DNA of 64,000 bases from Draconibacterium orientale (GTDB lineage: Bacteria; Bacteroidota; Bacteroidia; Bacteroidales; UBA1556). Positions within the stretch are counted from its first letter, which is position 1. Each line of letters opens with the position of its first letter. The translations under genes were made by a program, and so were the position numbers. This document shows, one piece after another, positions 47,557-58,071 of this stretch. The notes under the pieces are model-generated. The model did not search any database. It saw only the letters and a program-made list of their open reading frames with translations, and was not told where the DNA came from. The stretch is taken from the NCBI GenBank assembly GCA_020718275.1, contig DYSI01000001.1:23574-87573 (forward strand). Reading direction: 5' to 3'.

Positions 47557-47806
47557 AGAAATCACGAATAAATCAAACTTAATAATTAGTTCAAAACACA
47601 CACACAATAAAAATCACAAAGTCTTTGTTGAAAAAGTTTTAGTAAAACAAAAATCAAACACTTACAATCTACTAAATTGAAAAAACCTTGATAAAAAAAG
47701 AACTAATCATTGATTTAACGTTAAGTTTTAGACGATATTTTACATTAAATACTTTGGTCAAATTAAAAATAAAAATAATATTTATCACAATATGGGAACT
47801 GTTTGT

Positions 47807-49123
47807 TTATTTTGAAATATCAAAACGCACCTTTTTATTTTTAATCTTTTCAGATTTAACACGTTGCAAACATTGATAAATTTTATTGGATTGAATCGCT
47901 ACATAGGAGGAATGGTCTAGCACATCGACACGACCAAGCTCGTGTTTTTGTAGTTCGCCTTTTTTCAATAACATTCCGACGATGTCCATTTTATTAATCT
48001 TATCCTTTTTACCAGCAGCGATATATAATGTTTTCCATTCCGAAGTTTTTAATGGAATAAAATCTTTGGGCAAGCTTTCTACTTCGGGTTCAGTAGTTAT
48101 AAATTTGGGTAAATAATCATCATGATCTAATAAAAAATACGAAGTCCCATTCGCATTCATACGAGCGGTACGGCCATTCCGATGAATCATTACATCTTCG
48201 GTTGGTGGCAAATGGTAATGAATTACCGCTTCAATTTCAGGAATATCCAAGCCCCGGGCCGCTAAATCGGTAGTAACTAACAAATTAACACTTCCATTTC
48301 TGAGTTTAATAAGTGTTCGTTCTCGGTCAATCTGTTCTAAGCCACCATGATAGGCACCATGTTCGATATTTGAGATTGATAATTGTTCCGAAATTCGATT
48401 GACGGTTTCGCGATGATTACAAAAAACGATGGTACTATTTGACCCTATTTTGCCTAAGAGAAGTATCAGTGCTTCAAGCTTATCATCGCCTTCAACTCTA
48501 ACAGATTTCATAACCAAAGCAGACTTAAGCCCAGAATTATCATTGGTAAAATTTAGGGAAATATGCTCATTAAGCCCAACAAAATCAGGGATTTCGAGCA
48601 AGCTAGTTGCAGAAGTTAGGATTCGTTTTTTGAGGTTTTTAGCTTGTTGGATAATGTATTCCATCTCCACTTTAAAACCAAACTCCAAGGATTTATCGAA
48701 CTCATCCAAAATCATGGTATGTGTTTGTACCAAATCCAAATAATGATGACGGAGATGGTGTGCAATTCTACCTGGCGTACCTACCAAGATGGCGGGTGGC
48801 TGTTGTAAATTATTGATTTCAATACCTATAGAATGTCCTCCATAACAAGAGTTTACTTTAAAACCCGTGCCCATTTGCCGAAATACTTTCTCTATTTGAA
48901 TGGCTAATTCGCGCGTAGGGACAACAATCAACACTTGAACCATCTCTAGATCACTTTGCAATAATTCGAGAATGGGAATCAAAAAAGCTAAAGTTTTGCC
49001 CGAGCCAGTGGGAGAAATCAATATAAAATCACTAGGTTTGAGTATGGCATCGATAGAAGCTGTTTGCATTTCGTTAAGCGCCGTAATTTGAAAATTTGAT
49101 AGAATAGTATTTAAGTCAGTCAT
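47807..49123 (-). CDS. DEAD-box ATP-dependent RNA helicase with DbpA-type C-terminal RNA-binding domain
   Basis: Motifs SPTGSGKT, VPTRELA, DEFD (a variant of DEAD), SAT and HRNGRTAR. DbpA-like C-terminus (IAAGKKDKINKMDIVGML). Confidence 0.85.
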   Translation of the reverse strand: MTDLNTILSNFQITALNEMQTASIDAILKPSDFILISPTGSGKTLAFLIPILELLQSDLEMVQVLIVVPTRELAIQIEKVFRQMGTGFKVNSCYGGHSIGIEINNLQQPPAILVGTPGRIAHHLRHHYLDLVQTHTMILDEFDKSLEFGFKVEMEYIIQQAKNLKKRILTSATSLLEIPDFVGLNEHISLNFTNDNSGLKSALVMKSVRVEGDDKLEALILLLGKIGSNSTIVFCNHRETVNRISEQLSISNIEHGAYHGGLEQIDRERTLIKLRNGSVNLLVTTDLAARGLDIPEIEAVIHYHLPPTEDVMIHRNGRTARMNANGTSYFLLDHDDYLPKFITTEPEVESLPKDFIPLKTSEWKTLYIAAGKKDKINKMDIVGMLLKKGELQKHELGRVDVLDHSSYVAIQSNKIYQCLQRVKSEKIKNKKVRFDISK

Positions 49124-49204
49124 TCTTGCTAATAGTTAATGAGCGACAAAGATAAATCTAAATCAACGGCGGATGAAACTTGTAAACCTTAGTATTGAAT
49201 TTTC

Positions 49205-51076
49205 CTAATCCTCTTTGGTTTCCGACGCTATTTTATTTGACAGGTCATCGCTGTCTTTGATTATTTTGGGTTTAAAAACCACAGAGAAAACATGTAAAGC
49301 GCGATATTGCTGCGAAACATCTTCGGCATATTGCTCAGAATAATAACTTTCGGTCAAATAGGCCGTTCCACCAGCAATCTGTACTTTTTCGAGATCTGAA
49401 AAACGTTGGTGGATTGCAAGTTCTTGTTCCTTATTTTGAGGCACTACGGCAATCCTAAAAAGATCGATATCGTCGGCTTCACCAATATATTCCCTGATGA
49501 TTCCTGTTAATTCCGCTTGAATTAGAGCCTCTTCCTTGCTAACAACGCCATCGGCACTGATAAGTAAGTTAATCACGTCAATCAAATGGGAGGCTTGCTC
49601 AAATGAAGGTGAACTACTTAAATAATGCCTAAGCGCCTGCCGTAGCAAATTATAGTGATTACCACTTTCATCCTTGTATTTTTCAATTTCATCCCAATCG
49701 ATATTCAAATGCCAATTGCTGGCAAAATGCTCAATATACTTTTTTTCCTTCTCATCTAAATCATTATCAATCATCGCTAAACGTCCTAGAATTTCTAAAA
49801 TCTTATCCGCAGCAGTAGGTTGAAATAATGATTTAGCTAAATCTCCAGCCTCACGACGTTCTAGATTAAGTGCTTTGAATAATAATTTAATAAAACTTGC
49901 TCCTTTATTCGTATTGACAAAAAAACCGATACCAATAACAAAACTAGTTGAACTCGCTAAAATCCACAATATATTATTAGAAAGTTGGGCATAACCTTCA
50001 ACACTAAGATTTTTGATAGCGAAAGAAGAATTTATTAGCAAGGAAATAAACATTGCAGAAATGGAAATACTTTCTGCCACCATTTGCTCGTGTTTACGTT
50101 TCCATAATTTATTGATAATGAAGTAAACCTGAAAGAAACTCAACAAAGCAGCCAGCCAACCGATTGAATCAAGGACTTTTTCTTTCATAGTATATTCCTC
50201 CTTAAAAACAGGCCAATCCACGTTTTCCATGTCAGAAAATTCCACACTTTTCCACTTTGGATGCGAATACTTATTTAATTGAATGCCATGCAAATTATAT
50301 TTCAAATCAGCATATAAACTATCCATCATCAGAAATTTAGCAGCATCTAAATTATTAACATTCAAAACTATAACTGTTTTTATGGTATACGTATCTACTT
50401 CATCCAGTTGCCATGGGTAGGTTTTTTTGGGAATAGTTCGACGCACATAACATTGATTATCGCCTGAAAGTTTAATTGAAACCAGTTGCAATTGGTTTTG
50501 TATTTCGGGTGACAAAGAGGTCACCACATTAGAAGGAGCAGCCCCAACGAAGAAAAAAGCGTCAATTTGATTATTAAGTAAGGCGGGAATAGAACGCTCA
50601 AAGTCGAGCAAGGAGTCTGTCCAATCAACGATTGCCATCTTTTTGATTGACTGAGCGGTAAAATAAGTACCTGAATTAATTCCACCCACGCCGACACGTT
50701 TGCCGATCAAATCATTAACTGTTTTTATATTATTCCGTTTTAGGCTAATAATTTGAATTTCCTCGTCGTAAAGTGGTAGAAATACTTTAATCTTTTCTTT
50801 AATGGAGGGGGCTTTTTGTCCAAAATCATAAAGCACATCATACTGAATAAAAGCTAATTGGATGCTATCAGTCTGCAAGAGGTGTAAATTCTCAATACTA
50901 CCTTGAGAGGGATATATCTTAGTTTGCACGCGGGTGTTGTTACTTATATCGGTTGCAAACTCATTATAAACTTCGGATTTTAAGCCCGAAGCAATGTTTA
51001 TTTGACTCCAAACAGCCGTAGGGTTTAAAGCCATTAAAAAACTTATTATCAAAAACTTAAATAAACTCTTGCGCAT
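49205..51076 (-). CDS. Fusion protein: secreted TAXI-type binding domain + 3 TM helices + TerB-like domain + unknown C-terminal domain (623 aa)
   Basis: Signal peptide. The binding domain is a paralogue of the 27507-28601 product (LAFIQYDVL, KRVGVGGINSGTYFTAQSI, IDAFFFVGAAP). Three hydrophobic helices follow. Next comes LGRLAMIDNDLDEKEKKYIEHF ... LISADGVVSKEE, which is TerB-like. Confidence 0.6.
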   Translation of the reverse strand: MRKSLFKFLIISFLMALNPTAVWSQINIASGLKSEVYNEFATDISNNTRVQTKIYPSQGSIENLHLLQTDSIQLAFIQYDVLYDFGQKAPSIKEKIKVFLPLYDEEIQIISLKRNNIKTVNDLIGKRVGVGGINSGTYFTAQSIKKMAIVDWTDSLLDFERSIPALLNNQIDAFFFVGAAPSNVVTSLSPEIQNQLQLVSIKLSGDNQCYVRRTIPKKTYPWQLDEVDTYTIKTVIVLNVNNLDAAKFLMMDSLYADLKYNLHGIQLNKYSHPKWKSVEFSDMENVDWPVFKEEYTMKEKVLDSIGWLAALLSFFQVYFIINKLWKRKHEQMVAESISISAMFISLLINSSFAIKNLSVEGYAQLSNNILWILASSTSFVIGIGFFVNTNKGASFIKLLFKALNLERREAGDLAKSLFQPTAADKILEILGRLAMIDNDLDEKEKKYIEHFASNWHLNIDWDEIEKYKDESGNHYNLLRQALRHYLSSSPSFEQASHLIDVINLLISADGVVSKEEALIQAELTGIIREYIGEADDIDLFRIAVVPQNKEQELAIHQRFSDLEKVQIAGGTAYLTESYYSEQYAEDVSQQYRALHVFSVVFKPKIIKDSDDLSNKIASETKED

Positions 51077-51211
51077 AAACTTAATCTTAGAAGGAATTCA
51101 TAAGCAGCAAATTTACAAAACTGCTGCAAATAAACAAGTCCTTTTTATGATCCTCTTAAATTGTAATTTTTTTTAAATGACGAGGAGTTCTAAAAAATTA
51201 GAGGGTGAAGT

Positions 51212-51799
51212 CTAGCTTTCAATCCTTGAATTAGGGAATTTTTGATATTGAAATGATTCAGAAATAATCATATCCATTGGTAGATCAAGCTGATCTACAG
51301 GAACCATTTCGATTACTTGAAAATCAAAACAGATGCCGATTTTGATGGCGTTTAATCGATTTAAAATACGATCATAGAAACCTTTACCACGTCCTAAACG
51401 ATTACCTTTAGCATCAAAAGCCACCCCAGGAATCAATGCTAAATCGATAAGATCCCATGCATCAAATTCATCCCCAATAGGTTCGGAAACGTGAAAATTA
51501 TTTTTTACTTCCAAATTATTAATTCCGGAAAAAGGTTTCAGCACTAGGGTGTTTTGCTTCATTACTGGAAGCAGAAATGTTTTTTTTTCTGCCCATTTCA
51601 AAATAAAGTTGTGCGTGGATACTTCGTCAGGCAGAGACCAATAGATAAGGACTCTTTGGGCTTTCAAAAAAACCGTTTCCATTTCAACTTTCGACCAAAT
51701 AGAAAGCGAACTTTGCCCTATAAATTTAGGGCTAAAATTCGCTTTTTGTTGTGCTATCTGTTGCCGTATGGCTTTTTTCTGAACAGAAATATCAGACAT
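51212..51799 (-). CDS. 5-formyltetrahydrofolate cyclo-ligase
   Basis: GVAFDAKGNRLGRGKGFYDR motif. 195 aa. Confidence 0.85.
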   Translation of the reverse strand: MSDISVQKKAIRQQIAQQKANFSPKFIGQSSLSIWSKVEMETVFLKAQRVLIYWSLPDEVSTHNFILKWAEKKTFLLPVMKQNTLVLKPFSGINNLEVKNNFHVSEPIGDEFDAWDLIDLALIPGVAFDAKGNRLGRGKGFYDRILNRLNAIKIGICFDFQVIEMVPVDQLDLPMDMIISESFQYQKFPNSRIES

Positions 51800-52177
51800 C
51801 TATTGAGTAGTAGTGAATTCTTTAACTGCACCGTAGGAAGTACCGGCTTCGTTAGTGGCGTACGCTCTAACGAAATATGAGCTGCCATTAAGCAATCCAG
51901 ATAAAGTAGATGTGAAAGCACCTGAACCAGTACCATTGGTGGTTTTATCATCATCGATGGTTGGCATGGCATTGGCGCGAGAATAACACACCCCGCGGGC
52001 AGTGATATCCGCATTTCCATCAGCGGTAACTTCACCGCCAGCAATGGCCGAATTGGTAGTAATAGCAGTTACCTCAGCAGTGATAACGGTTGGAGGTTCA
52101 GGCTTTTTACATGAAGTAAGCGTGGTTACACTCAAAGTCAAAAAAACCAAAACGAAAATTTTTAAGATTGTTTTCAT
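51800..52177 (-). CDS. Lipoprotein with a single Ig/FN3-like domain (125 aa)
   Basis: Lipobox LTSC followed by one beta-sandwich-like repeat (GVCYS ... SGLLNGSSYFVRAYATNEAGTSYG). Confidence 0.6.
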   Translation of the reverse strand: MKTILKIFVLVFLTLSVTTLTSCKKPEPPTVITAEVTAITTNSAIAGGEVTADGNADITARGVCYSRANAMPTIDDDKTTNGTGSGAFTSTLSGLLNGSSYFVRAYATNEAGTSYGAVKEFTTTQ

Positions 52178-52390
52178 AAAACATATTTTAGTTAAAAAAT
52201 AATTTGAAATAATTGGTACTTAACCAATGTTAAACATCATAGGCAAATTTATTAAATTATCCTTAACACTAAGAAATAAACTACCAATAATTATTAAAAA
52301 AACAGCTTGGGAATAAAAAACAACAAAAAGAGTAGTTACCGTACTATTTTCGATGCAAATTAAGAATTTGAAGACCGTAAGTTTTAAAGT

Positions 52391-52888
52391 TTAGCTATTT
52401 AGCGTATTTTTTATCCAAGAGGATAAAAAGCTCACTTCATTCCGACTTTTCATTTGACCAAGGTAGGAAACTAGGTACATTCCTAAAATGGTTATAAAAC
52501 TAAGAACAGAAATAATTAGAAAAAGACCTGCCGGATGATGAAGGAATAACTGTGATAAGCCATAAAAAAGACTTCCAAAAAAGACCAACACAAAAAACGA
52601 ATAAAAGAACATAAAGGCTAGCCAAATATTACCAGATGGACCAATAAATGTGCTTACAATCGTTCCTTCAGTATCTTCTGCTAGGTTGATATTCATCTGA
52701 AGAGTCCAAACTTTTCGTTGCTCTTTCCGAAACTTAATTAATAAATAGCTTCCATTATCTTCGCAAGTTAGACGGTCTTTAGCGCGATTTACACTGGATT
52801 TAATAAGATTGCGTGTTTCTGTGTCATTTTTGATTAACACCTTTGAAAATCGGGGACGTAGTTCCATATCTGTTATTTGAATAACCAA
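52391..52888 (-). CDS. Hypothetical membrane protein (165 aa)
   Basis: Soluble N-terminal half followed by three hydrophobic helices. No motif recognised. Confidence 0.5.
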   Translation of the reverse strand: MVIQITDMELRPRFSKVLIKNDTETRNLIKSSVNRAKDRLTCEDNGSYLLIKFRKEQRKVWTLQMNINLAEDTEGTIVSTFIGPSGNIWLAFMFFYSFFVLVFFGSLFYGLSQLFLHHPAGLFLIISVLSFITILGMYLVSYLGQMKSRNEVSFLSSWIKNTLNS

Positions 52889-53125
52889 AAGTATGAAACA
52901 AAATCATTCAAAATCAAAGAATTGACAATTATCATTTTTTAGAAATCTATTCCCTACTGAAACAAAATGAATACAAGCAAGCGCTAAAAAATCTGATAGT
53001 ATAAAATTATAAAATTGATAATGCTGTATAGAATTTACCTACATTTGTAATACATTTTTTCGAAATCAATCCATTAAATTTATCTTCCAAAAATAAAATA
53101 GCGAACAAATCAAAAGAAACTACTC

Positions 53126-53872
53126 ATGAAAAATATTATGAACCAACTTATGATGATCATTGCACTGATGATTTTTAGCTCTTTTTTCAATAAAGTAAAT
53201 GGACAAATTAATTTCGACAGTGTAGCAATTAGTAAATCAAGTGAATATCGCACCCTATTTCAAGGAAATAATCAAAGACCCAAAATCTCTGGATTTACGG
53301 CCATTACTATGGATTTTGGAGTAGCTCCCGAACCAATATCATTAAATATTGGGGGCGAATTAGCTGCACTTATCAACAGAAGTTTTTATATCGGTTTTTA
53401 CGGGAAGAATCTAGTAACTTTTCCAGCATACAGTTTCACTTATTACGATACCGCTAGTAAAGCTAATGAAGCGACGGATTCGAGAGGAATTTTCTTTCAT
53501 GGTGGATTACTCGTGGGGGGAGTTATTTTTCCGAAGGCCCCCATTCATTTGGGACTAAGTACCAAAATTGGTGGAGGTGGTTTTCTGCTCTATAAGGAAA
53601 ATTACGAGTTCAATAATTATGAGGGCGAAATACAATACCAAAGTTGGATGATGTCGCCCATCTTTGTGGTTAGCCCTCAGCTTGACCTTGAAATGAATCT
53701 AACCAATTGGTTTAAATTTAAAGTAGGGCTTGGATATCAGTGGGTTAGCAGTTCTAATCTCACCTACAATGTAATGGAAGCGGGAAATATCGTAGAAAAA
53801 AGGCTTTTAAATTCAAATATACTCCAAACACCCTATTGCTCAATGAGTCTTGTTTTTGGCTGGTTCAAGTAA
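53126..53872 (+). CDS. Hypothetical secreted protein, outer-membrane beta-barrel-like (248 aa)
   Basis: Signal peptide, alternating G/aromatic-rich strands and a C-terminal F. Confidence 0.5.
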   Translation: MKNIMNQLMMIIALMIFSSFFNKVNGQINFDSVAISKSSEYRTLFQGNNQRPKISGFTAITMDFGVAPEPISLNIGGELAALINRSFYIGFYGKNLVTFPAYSFTYYDTASKANEATDSRGIFFHGGLLVGGVIFPKAPIHLGLSTKIGGGGFLLYKENYEFNNYEGEIQYQSWMMSPIFVVSPQLDLEMNLTNWFKFKVGLGYQWVSSSNLTYNVMEAGNIVEKRLLNSNILQTPYCSMSLVFGWFK

Positions 53873-53982
53873 AAAAAACCAAACCATAGAATTTGGCAAT
53901 TTATAATTGCACTGACGCAACCTTTAGAAGAAATGAAGCAAATTATCTTTCAATATTAGCGTATCCTAACCAACTTAACTCA

Positions 53983-54783
53983 ATGTTTATGAATCTCTTA
54001 AAATTGCTTTTTGCAATTACAATCCTAAGTTCATCGGTGTATGGCAATGCTCAAGATACGATTTACACCAAAAATCACCAGCGCATTATCTGTAAAATTA
54101 CTTCTACCGAGTCATCGAACATTGTATACAGTCAACCGACACTCAATTCGAATGTTAGCTATACCATTGATAAAGGCTATGTAACCAAGGTAGTTTTTGA
54201 AAACGGCAACATTATCGAGTTTGATATTAAGGAAAAAAAAGTACAAGATTATACTACGCAGCGAAAAAACATCTTAAAGTTCGATTATGTTTCGACTTTT
54301 ACAGGCAAATTATGTTTAGGCTACGAAAGAAGTTTGGGATTACAAAAAAGTTTTGAATTTAATCTCGGCATCATCGGATTAGGAACCGATTTAATGGAGG
54401 TAAAACCCAAAGGGGCCTATATACAAATTAGTTATAAATTTATAAAAGATCCAGATTTTTACTTGAATTTAAATCACTATGCGCATGTTTTAAAGGGATT
54501 TTACCTGAAACCCGAACTTAGCGTCTCCATGTTTTCAAGATTAACTTATCGTTACTCTGCATCACAATACTCATTTAATGATCGAGAGAATTACAGTTCT
54601 GCAGCACTAATTTTAAACTTTGGAAAACAGTGGGTTATTGATGATCGCTTTTCGATTTCCATTAATGCAGGCTTAGGATATGGATTTGCCATGGAAGATG
54701 GCTATTATTACAGCCATGTCACTGGTGGGCCAATCTTCCCCATCGCAGCATCCGTTGGAACGAGTATAGGATTTCTTTTTTAA
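53983..54783 (+). CDS. Hypothetical secreted protein, beta-barrel-like
   Basis: Signal peptide from the ATG at 53983 (the track start at 53893 is a TTG). The C-terminus ends in GFLF. Confidence 0.5.
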   Translation: MFMNLLKLLFAITILSSSVYGNAQDTIYTKNHQRIICKITSTESSNIVYSQPTLNSNVSYTIDKGYVTKVVFENGNIIEFDIKEKKVQDYTTQRKNILKFDYVSTFTGKLCLGYERSLGLQKSFEFNLGIIGLGTDLMEVKPKGAYIQISYKFIKDPDFYLNLNHYAHVLKGFYLKPELSVSMFSRLTYRYSASQYSFNDRENYSSAALILNFGKQWVIDDRFSISINAGLGYGFAMEDGYYYSHVTGGPIFPIAASVGTSIGFLF

Positions 54784-54796
54784 GAAAAAGCTAGTT

Positions 54797-55441
54797 TTAT
54801 CGCAAATCAACCACTTCAGCATCGGGGAATTTAGCAGGATTAAGCTGAAAATAAGTGGCTGGCAAAGTTAAGTTAGTGGTGAACTTTATCACTGTAAACT
54901 CATATTCTACGTTGTTTTTTTCGTAAATAGTAGCTGAATCAACCCACAATTTAGCTTTATTGATTTTTAAACGAACTTTAAAATAGGATTTACCTTTGAT
55001 AGGCGTGATATCAACAATATAGAATTCCACATTGCCTTCCTTCACTGTTTTTATAAGTTTGGCTTTATGATCTTTATTCATGGAGGTAAGCAGCTTTAAG
55101 AAGCTAAAACCCTCCTTTGAGTCGGCAGCATGACTGATTTGTATCTCCTGAGCATCAGCATCATAAGTCCACACAGTTTTTCCATCATTAACCACATTTC
55201 GACCCATAATGTTAAGGTTGTACATTTCACCCTTCATTACGATAGTTCCTTGCAATTTATTATCAACTTTATGGGCTTTATCAATCATACGGTAGCTAAA
55301 TTCATACTTCATATTTTGGTATGTCTTCAATTTAGCCGCCACCTTGTCGAGAATTGCCTGAGCTTGTTTATCGTCGACTTGTGAATATGAATTAAAACTA
55401 GTTAATAAAAGTAGCAGGGAGATAACAATAATTGATTTCAT
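54797..55441 (-). CDS. LolA-like outer-membrane lipoprotein carrier protein
   Basis: Signal peptide and LolA-like pattern (KTYQNMKYEFSYRM ... GKTVWTYDADAQEIQI). It lies downstream of ftsK, as is common in Bacteroidota. Confidence 0.7.
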   Translation of the reverse strand: MKSIIVISLLLLLTSFNSYSQVDDKQAQAILDKVAAKLKTYQNMKYEFSYRMIDKAHKVDNKLQGTIVMKGEMYNLNIMGRNVVNDGKTVWTYDADAQEIQISHAADSKEGFSFLKLLTSMNKDHKAKLIKTVKEGNVEFYIVDITPIKGKSYFKVRLKINKAKLWVDSATIYEKNNVEYEFTVIKFTTNLTLPATYFQLNPAKFPDAEVVDLR

Positions 55442-55509
55442 AAAATAAGGAATAATGGTTTAAGAAAAAGTTGATAAAATTAAATAAAAAAGGATTCGAT
55501 AAATTTTAA

Positions 55510-58056
55510 CTAGCGGGTGCTACTCAAATACTGTTCCAAAGAAATCATATCTTTCATCAACACCTCGCGAGCCTTACTTCCGCCAAAAGGGCCAACGATA
55601 CCAGCGGCCTCTAATTGATCGATAATACGACCAGCACGATTGTAACCCAGTTTCATTTTTCGTTGAATGAGCGAGGTGCTTCCTTGTTGGTGTTGCACGA
55701 TAATACGGGCTGCTTCTTCAAAAAACGGATCACGCTCGCCAATATCCACATCCGCTTTGCCACCATCTTCGTCACCAACAAATTCGGGTAAATTAAATGC
55801 CGAAGGATAGCCTCTTTGTTGGCCAATATAATCCACAATATCTTCCACCTCAGGCGTATCAATAAAAGCACATTGTAGACGAACCAGCCCATCTCCTTTA
55901 GAAAAGAGCATATCACCTCTACCAATCAATTGATCTGCGCCTCCAGAATCAAGGATTGTACGGCTATCAATTTTGGAAGTAACCCTAAAGGCAATTCGAG
56001 CAGGAAAATTTGCTTTTATTAATCCGGTAATGACGTTAACACTAGGACGTTGGGTCGCGATTACCAAATGAATACCAATGGCACGAGCCAACTGTGCAAG
56101 ACGTGCAATTGGGCCTTCCACTTCGCGCCCAGCCGTCATTATCAAATCAGCAAACTCATCCACAATCAGCACAATATAAGGCATATAGCGATGTCCATTT
56201 TCGGGGTTTAGTTGACGCTGGACGAATTTAGCATTGTATTCTTTGATATTTTTAGCCCGCGCAATTTTTAACAAATCGTAGCGGTCATCCATTTCAATAC
56301 AGAGCGAATTTAAGGTAGTCACCACATCTTTTACATCGGTAATAATAGGTTCGGCTCTATCAGGTAGCTTAGCCAGATAGTGTCTTTCGATTTTTGAGAA
56401 AAGGGAGAACTCAACCTTTTTAGGATCCACCATCACAAACTTCAGCTGTGCGGGATGTTTTTTGTAAAGTAATGAAGTAATAATTGCATTTAAACCAACA
56501 GATTTACCTTGTCCAGTGGCACCGGCAACCAAGAGATGGGGCATCTTAGCCAAATCAAAAACAAAAGTTTCGTTAGAGATTGTTTTGCCAATAGCAACTG
56601 GTAAATCAAATTTGGCAGTCTGGAACTTTTCACTGGCGAGGATAGTACGCATACTAACAATCTCGGGGTTTTTATTAGGAACTTCAATACCAATAGTTCC
56701 ACGACCTGGGATTGGAGCAATGATCCTAATTCCAAGGGCAGCAAGGCTCATGGCAATATCATCCTCAAGATTTTTAATTTTCGAAATCCGAATACCGGGC
56801 GCAGGTACAATTTCGTAAAGCGTTATAGTGGGACCAACTGTGGCGCTAATCTTATCTATTTGGATGGAGTAATTAAGCAAGGTACTTACAATCCTATTTT
56901 TGTTATCTTCGAGTTCCTGCTTATTAATGGTGATTTCATTGTTTTCGCTATGTTCTTTCAAAAGATCCAGCGAAGGGAACATATAAGATTTTAAATCCTC
57001 AGTGGGATCATAGATGGTATCAATGCCATGAGAATGTGCTGGCATGTTTTCGTCAAATTCTGTCTCCTCCTCCCCTGCCTCTATCCCTAATTCTAGTTCG
57101 TCTTCATTTTCAAAATCATCCACAAAAGCTTCCTCTTTCAATGGATTTAAGTCATTTGATATTTCTAAATTTAAAGAGCAGGGCTCTTTTTCAGGAGTTT
57201 TCTTAACTTTATCATCAATTGTGAGAACAAAATTATATTCAGTATCATCTTCCTCATCCTCTGACTCCTCAGTAATAACGCCTTGATTTTCGAGTGCTGC
57301 CAATTCATCAATTCCAAGTCCATCGACCTTATAATTTTTTAAATCAACAGATTCCTTTGTGGTCTGGTCAGTTCTATTGAAAACCGTAAACCAACTAAGA
57401 ACATCAAAAGTGAACATCACAAAAGCCAGTAGTGCAAAAGAAATTAGGATAAAAGAGCCAGGCTTTCCAACCAAACCAGTAAGGTAATGAATTAGCTCGT
57501 ATCCGATAATTCCGCCAAAAACGGAGGCTTTAGGACCTTCAACAAAAAAAGCCAAGCTCGCTGAAAGCCATATTAGCGTAAACAAACCGAACTTAAAAAC
57601 TTTGCGAAATGATTGCAATTGAATATCAAATGCCAGTTTAATTCCAATCAGCAATAAAAAATACAGTAAAACAAAGGAAGAAATTCCAAACCATTGTTTG
57701 ATAAAAAGGTGTGAAAGTGCTGCTCCCAGCCGTCCGGTATAATTATTTACTTCGATAGACTGATCGAAAAGTACGCGACTAAAACTAATCTCAGAAAACA
57801 GATCGTCGGAATTCCACCCGAACCAATTAATAAAATAAGAAACGAAAGCAATTAGAAGATAGAAACTCACAAAAACAAGCAAGACTCCAATTATTTTGAT
57901 AAAACGTTCGTCTTTTAGTATTTTTAAAAAACTAAAAAAGCCAGAACCAGCGCTTTCTTTCGACGCTGGCTTGGAGGTTTTAGTAGATTTTTTAACGTTT
58001 ACCTCTTCCTCTATGGATACGCTTTTGGTATTCTTGCTTTCTTTTGTGTTTCCCAT
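55510..58056 (-). CDS. ftsK: DNA translocase FtsK/SpoIIIE
   Basis: N-terminal TM helices and an acidic linker. Motor domain with Walker A VAGATGQGKSVGLN. C-terminal gamma wHTH (STSLIQRKMKLGYNRAGRIIDQLE). Confidence 0.95.
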   Translation of the reverse strand: MGNTKESKNTKSVSIEEEVNVKKSTKTSKPASKESAGSGFFSFLKILKDERFIKIIGVLLVFVSFYLLIAFVSYFINWFGWNSDDLFSEISFSRVLFDQSIEVNNYTGRLGAALSHLFIKQWFGISSFVLLYFLLLIGIKLAFDIQLQSFRKVFKFGLFTLIWLSASLAFFVEGPKASVFGGIIGYELIHYLTGLVGKPGSFILISFALLAFVMFTFDVLSWFTVFNRTDQTTKESVDLKNYKVDGLGIDELAALENQGVITEESEDEEDDTEYNFVLTIDDKVKKTPEKEPCSLNLEISNDLNPLKEEAFVDDFENEDELELGIEAGEEETEFDENMPAHSHGIDTIYDPTEDLKSYMFPSLDLLKEHSENNEITINKQELEDNKNRIVSTLLNYSIQIDKISATVGPTITLYEIVPAPGIRISKIKNLEDDIAMSLAALGIRIIAPIPGRGTIGIEVPNKNPEIVSMRTILASEKFQTAKFDLPVAIGKTISNETFVFDLAKMPHLLVAGATGQGKSVGLNAIITSLLYKKHPAQLKFVMVDPKKVEFSLFSKIERHYLAKLPDRAEPIITDVKDVVTTLNSLCIEMDDRYDLLKIARAKNIKEYNAKFVQRQLNPENGHRYMPYIVLIVDEFADLIMTAGREVEGPIARLAQLARAIGIHLVIATQRPSVNVITGLIKANFPARIAFRVTSKIDSRTILDSGGADQLIGRGDMLFSKGDGLVRLQCAFIDTPEVEDIVDYIGQQRGYPSAFNLPEFVGDEDGGKADVDIGERDPFFEEAARIIVQHQQGSTSLIQRKMKLGYNRAGRIIDQLEAAGIVGPFGGSKAREVLMKDMISLEQYLSSTR

Positions 58057-58071
58057 GAATTGATTGGATGC

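Noticed and set aside
51754-52044. 96-aa minus-strand ORF overlapping the lipoprotein and MTHFS genes in another frame
   Set aside because: The lipoprotein frame has a signal peptide with a lipobox and a coherent beta-sandwich repeat. The overlapping frame has neither and spans a gene junction.
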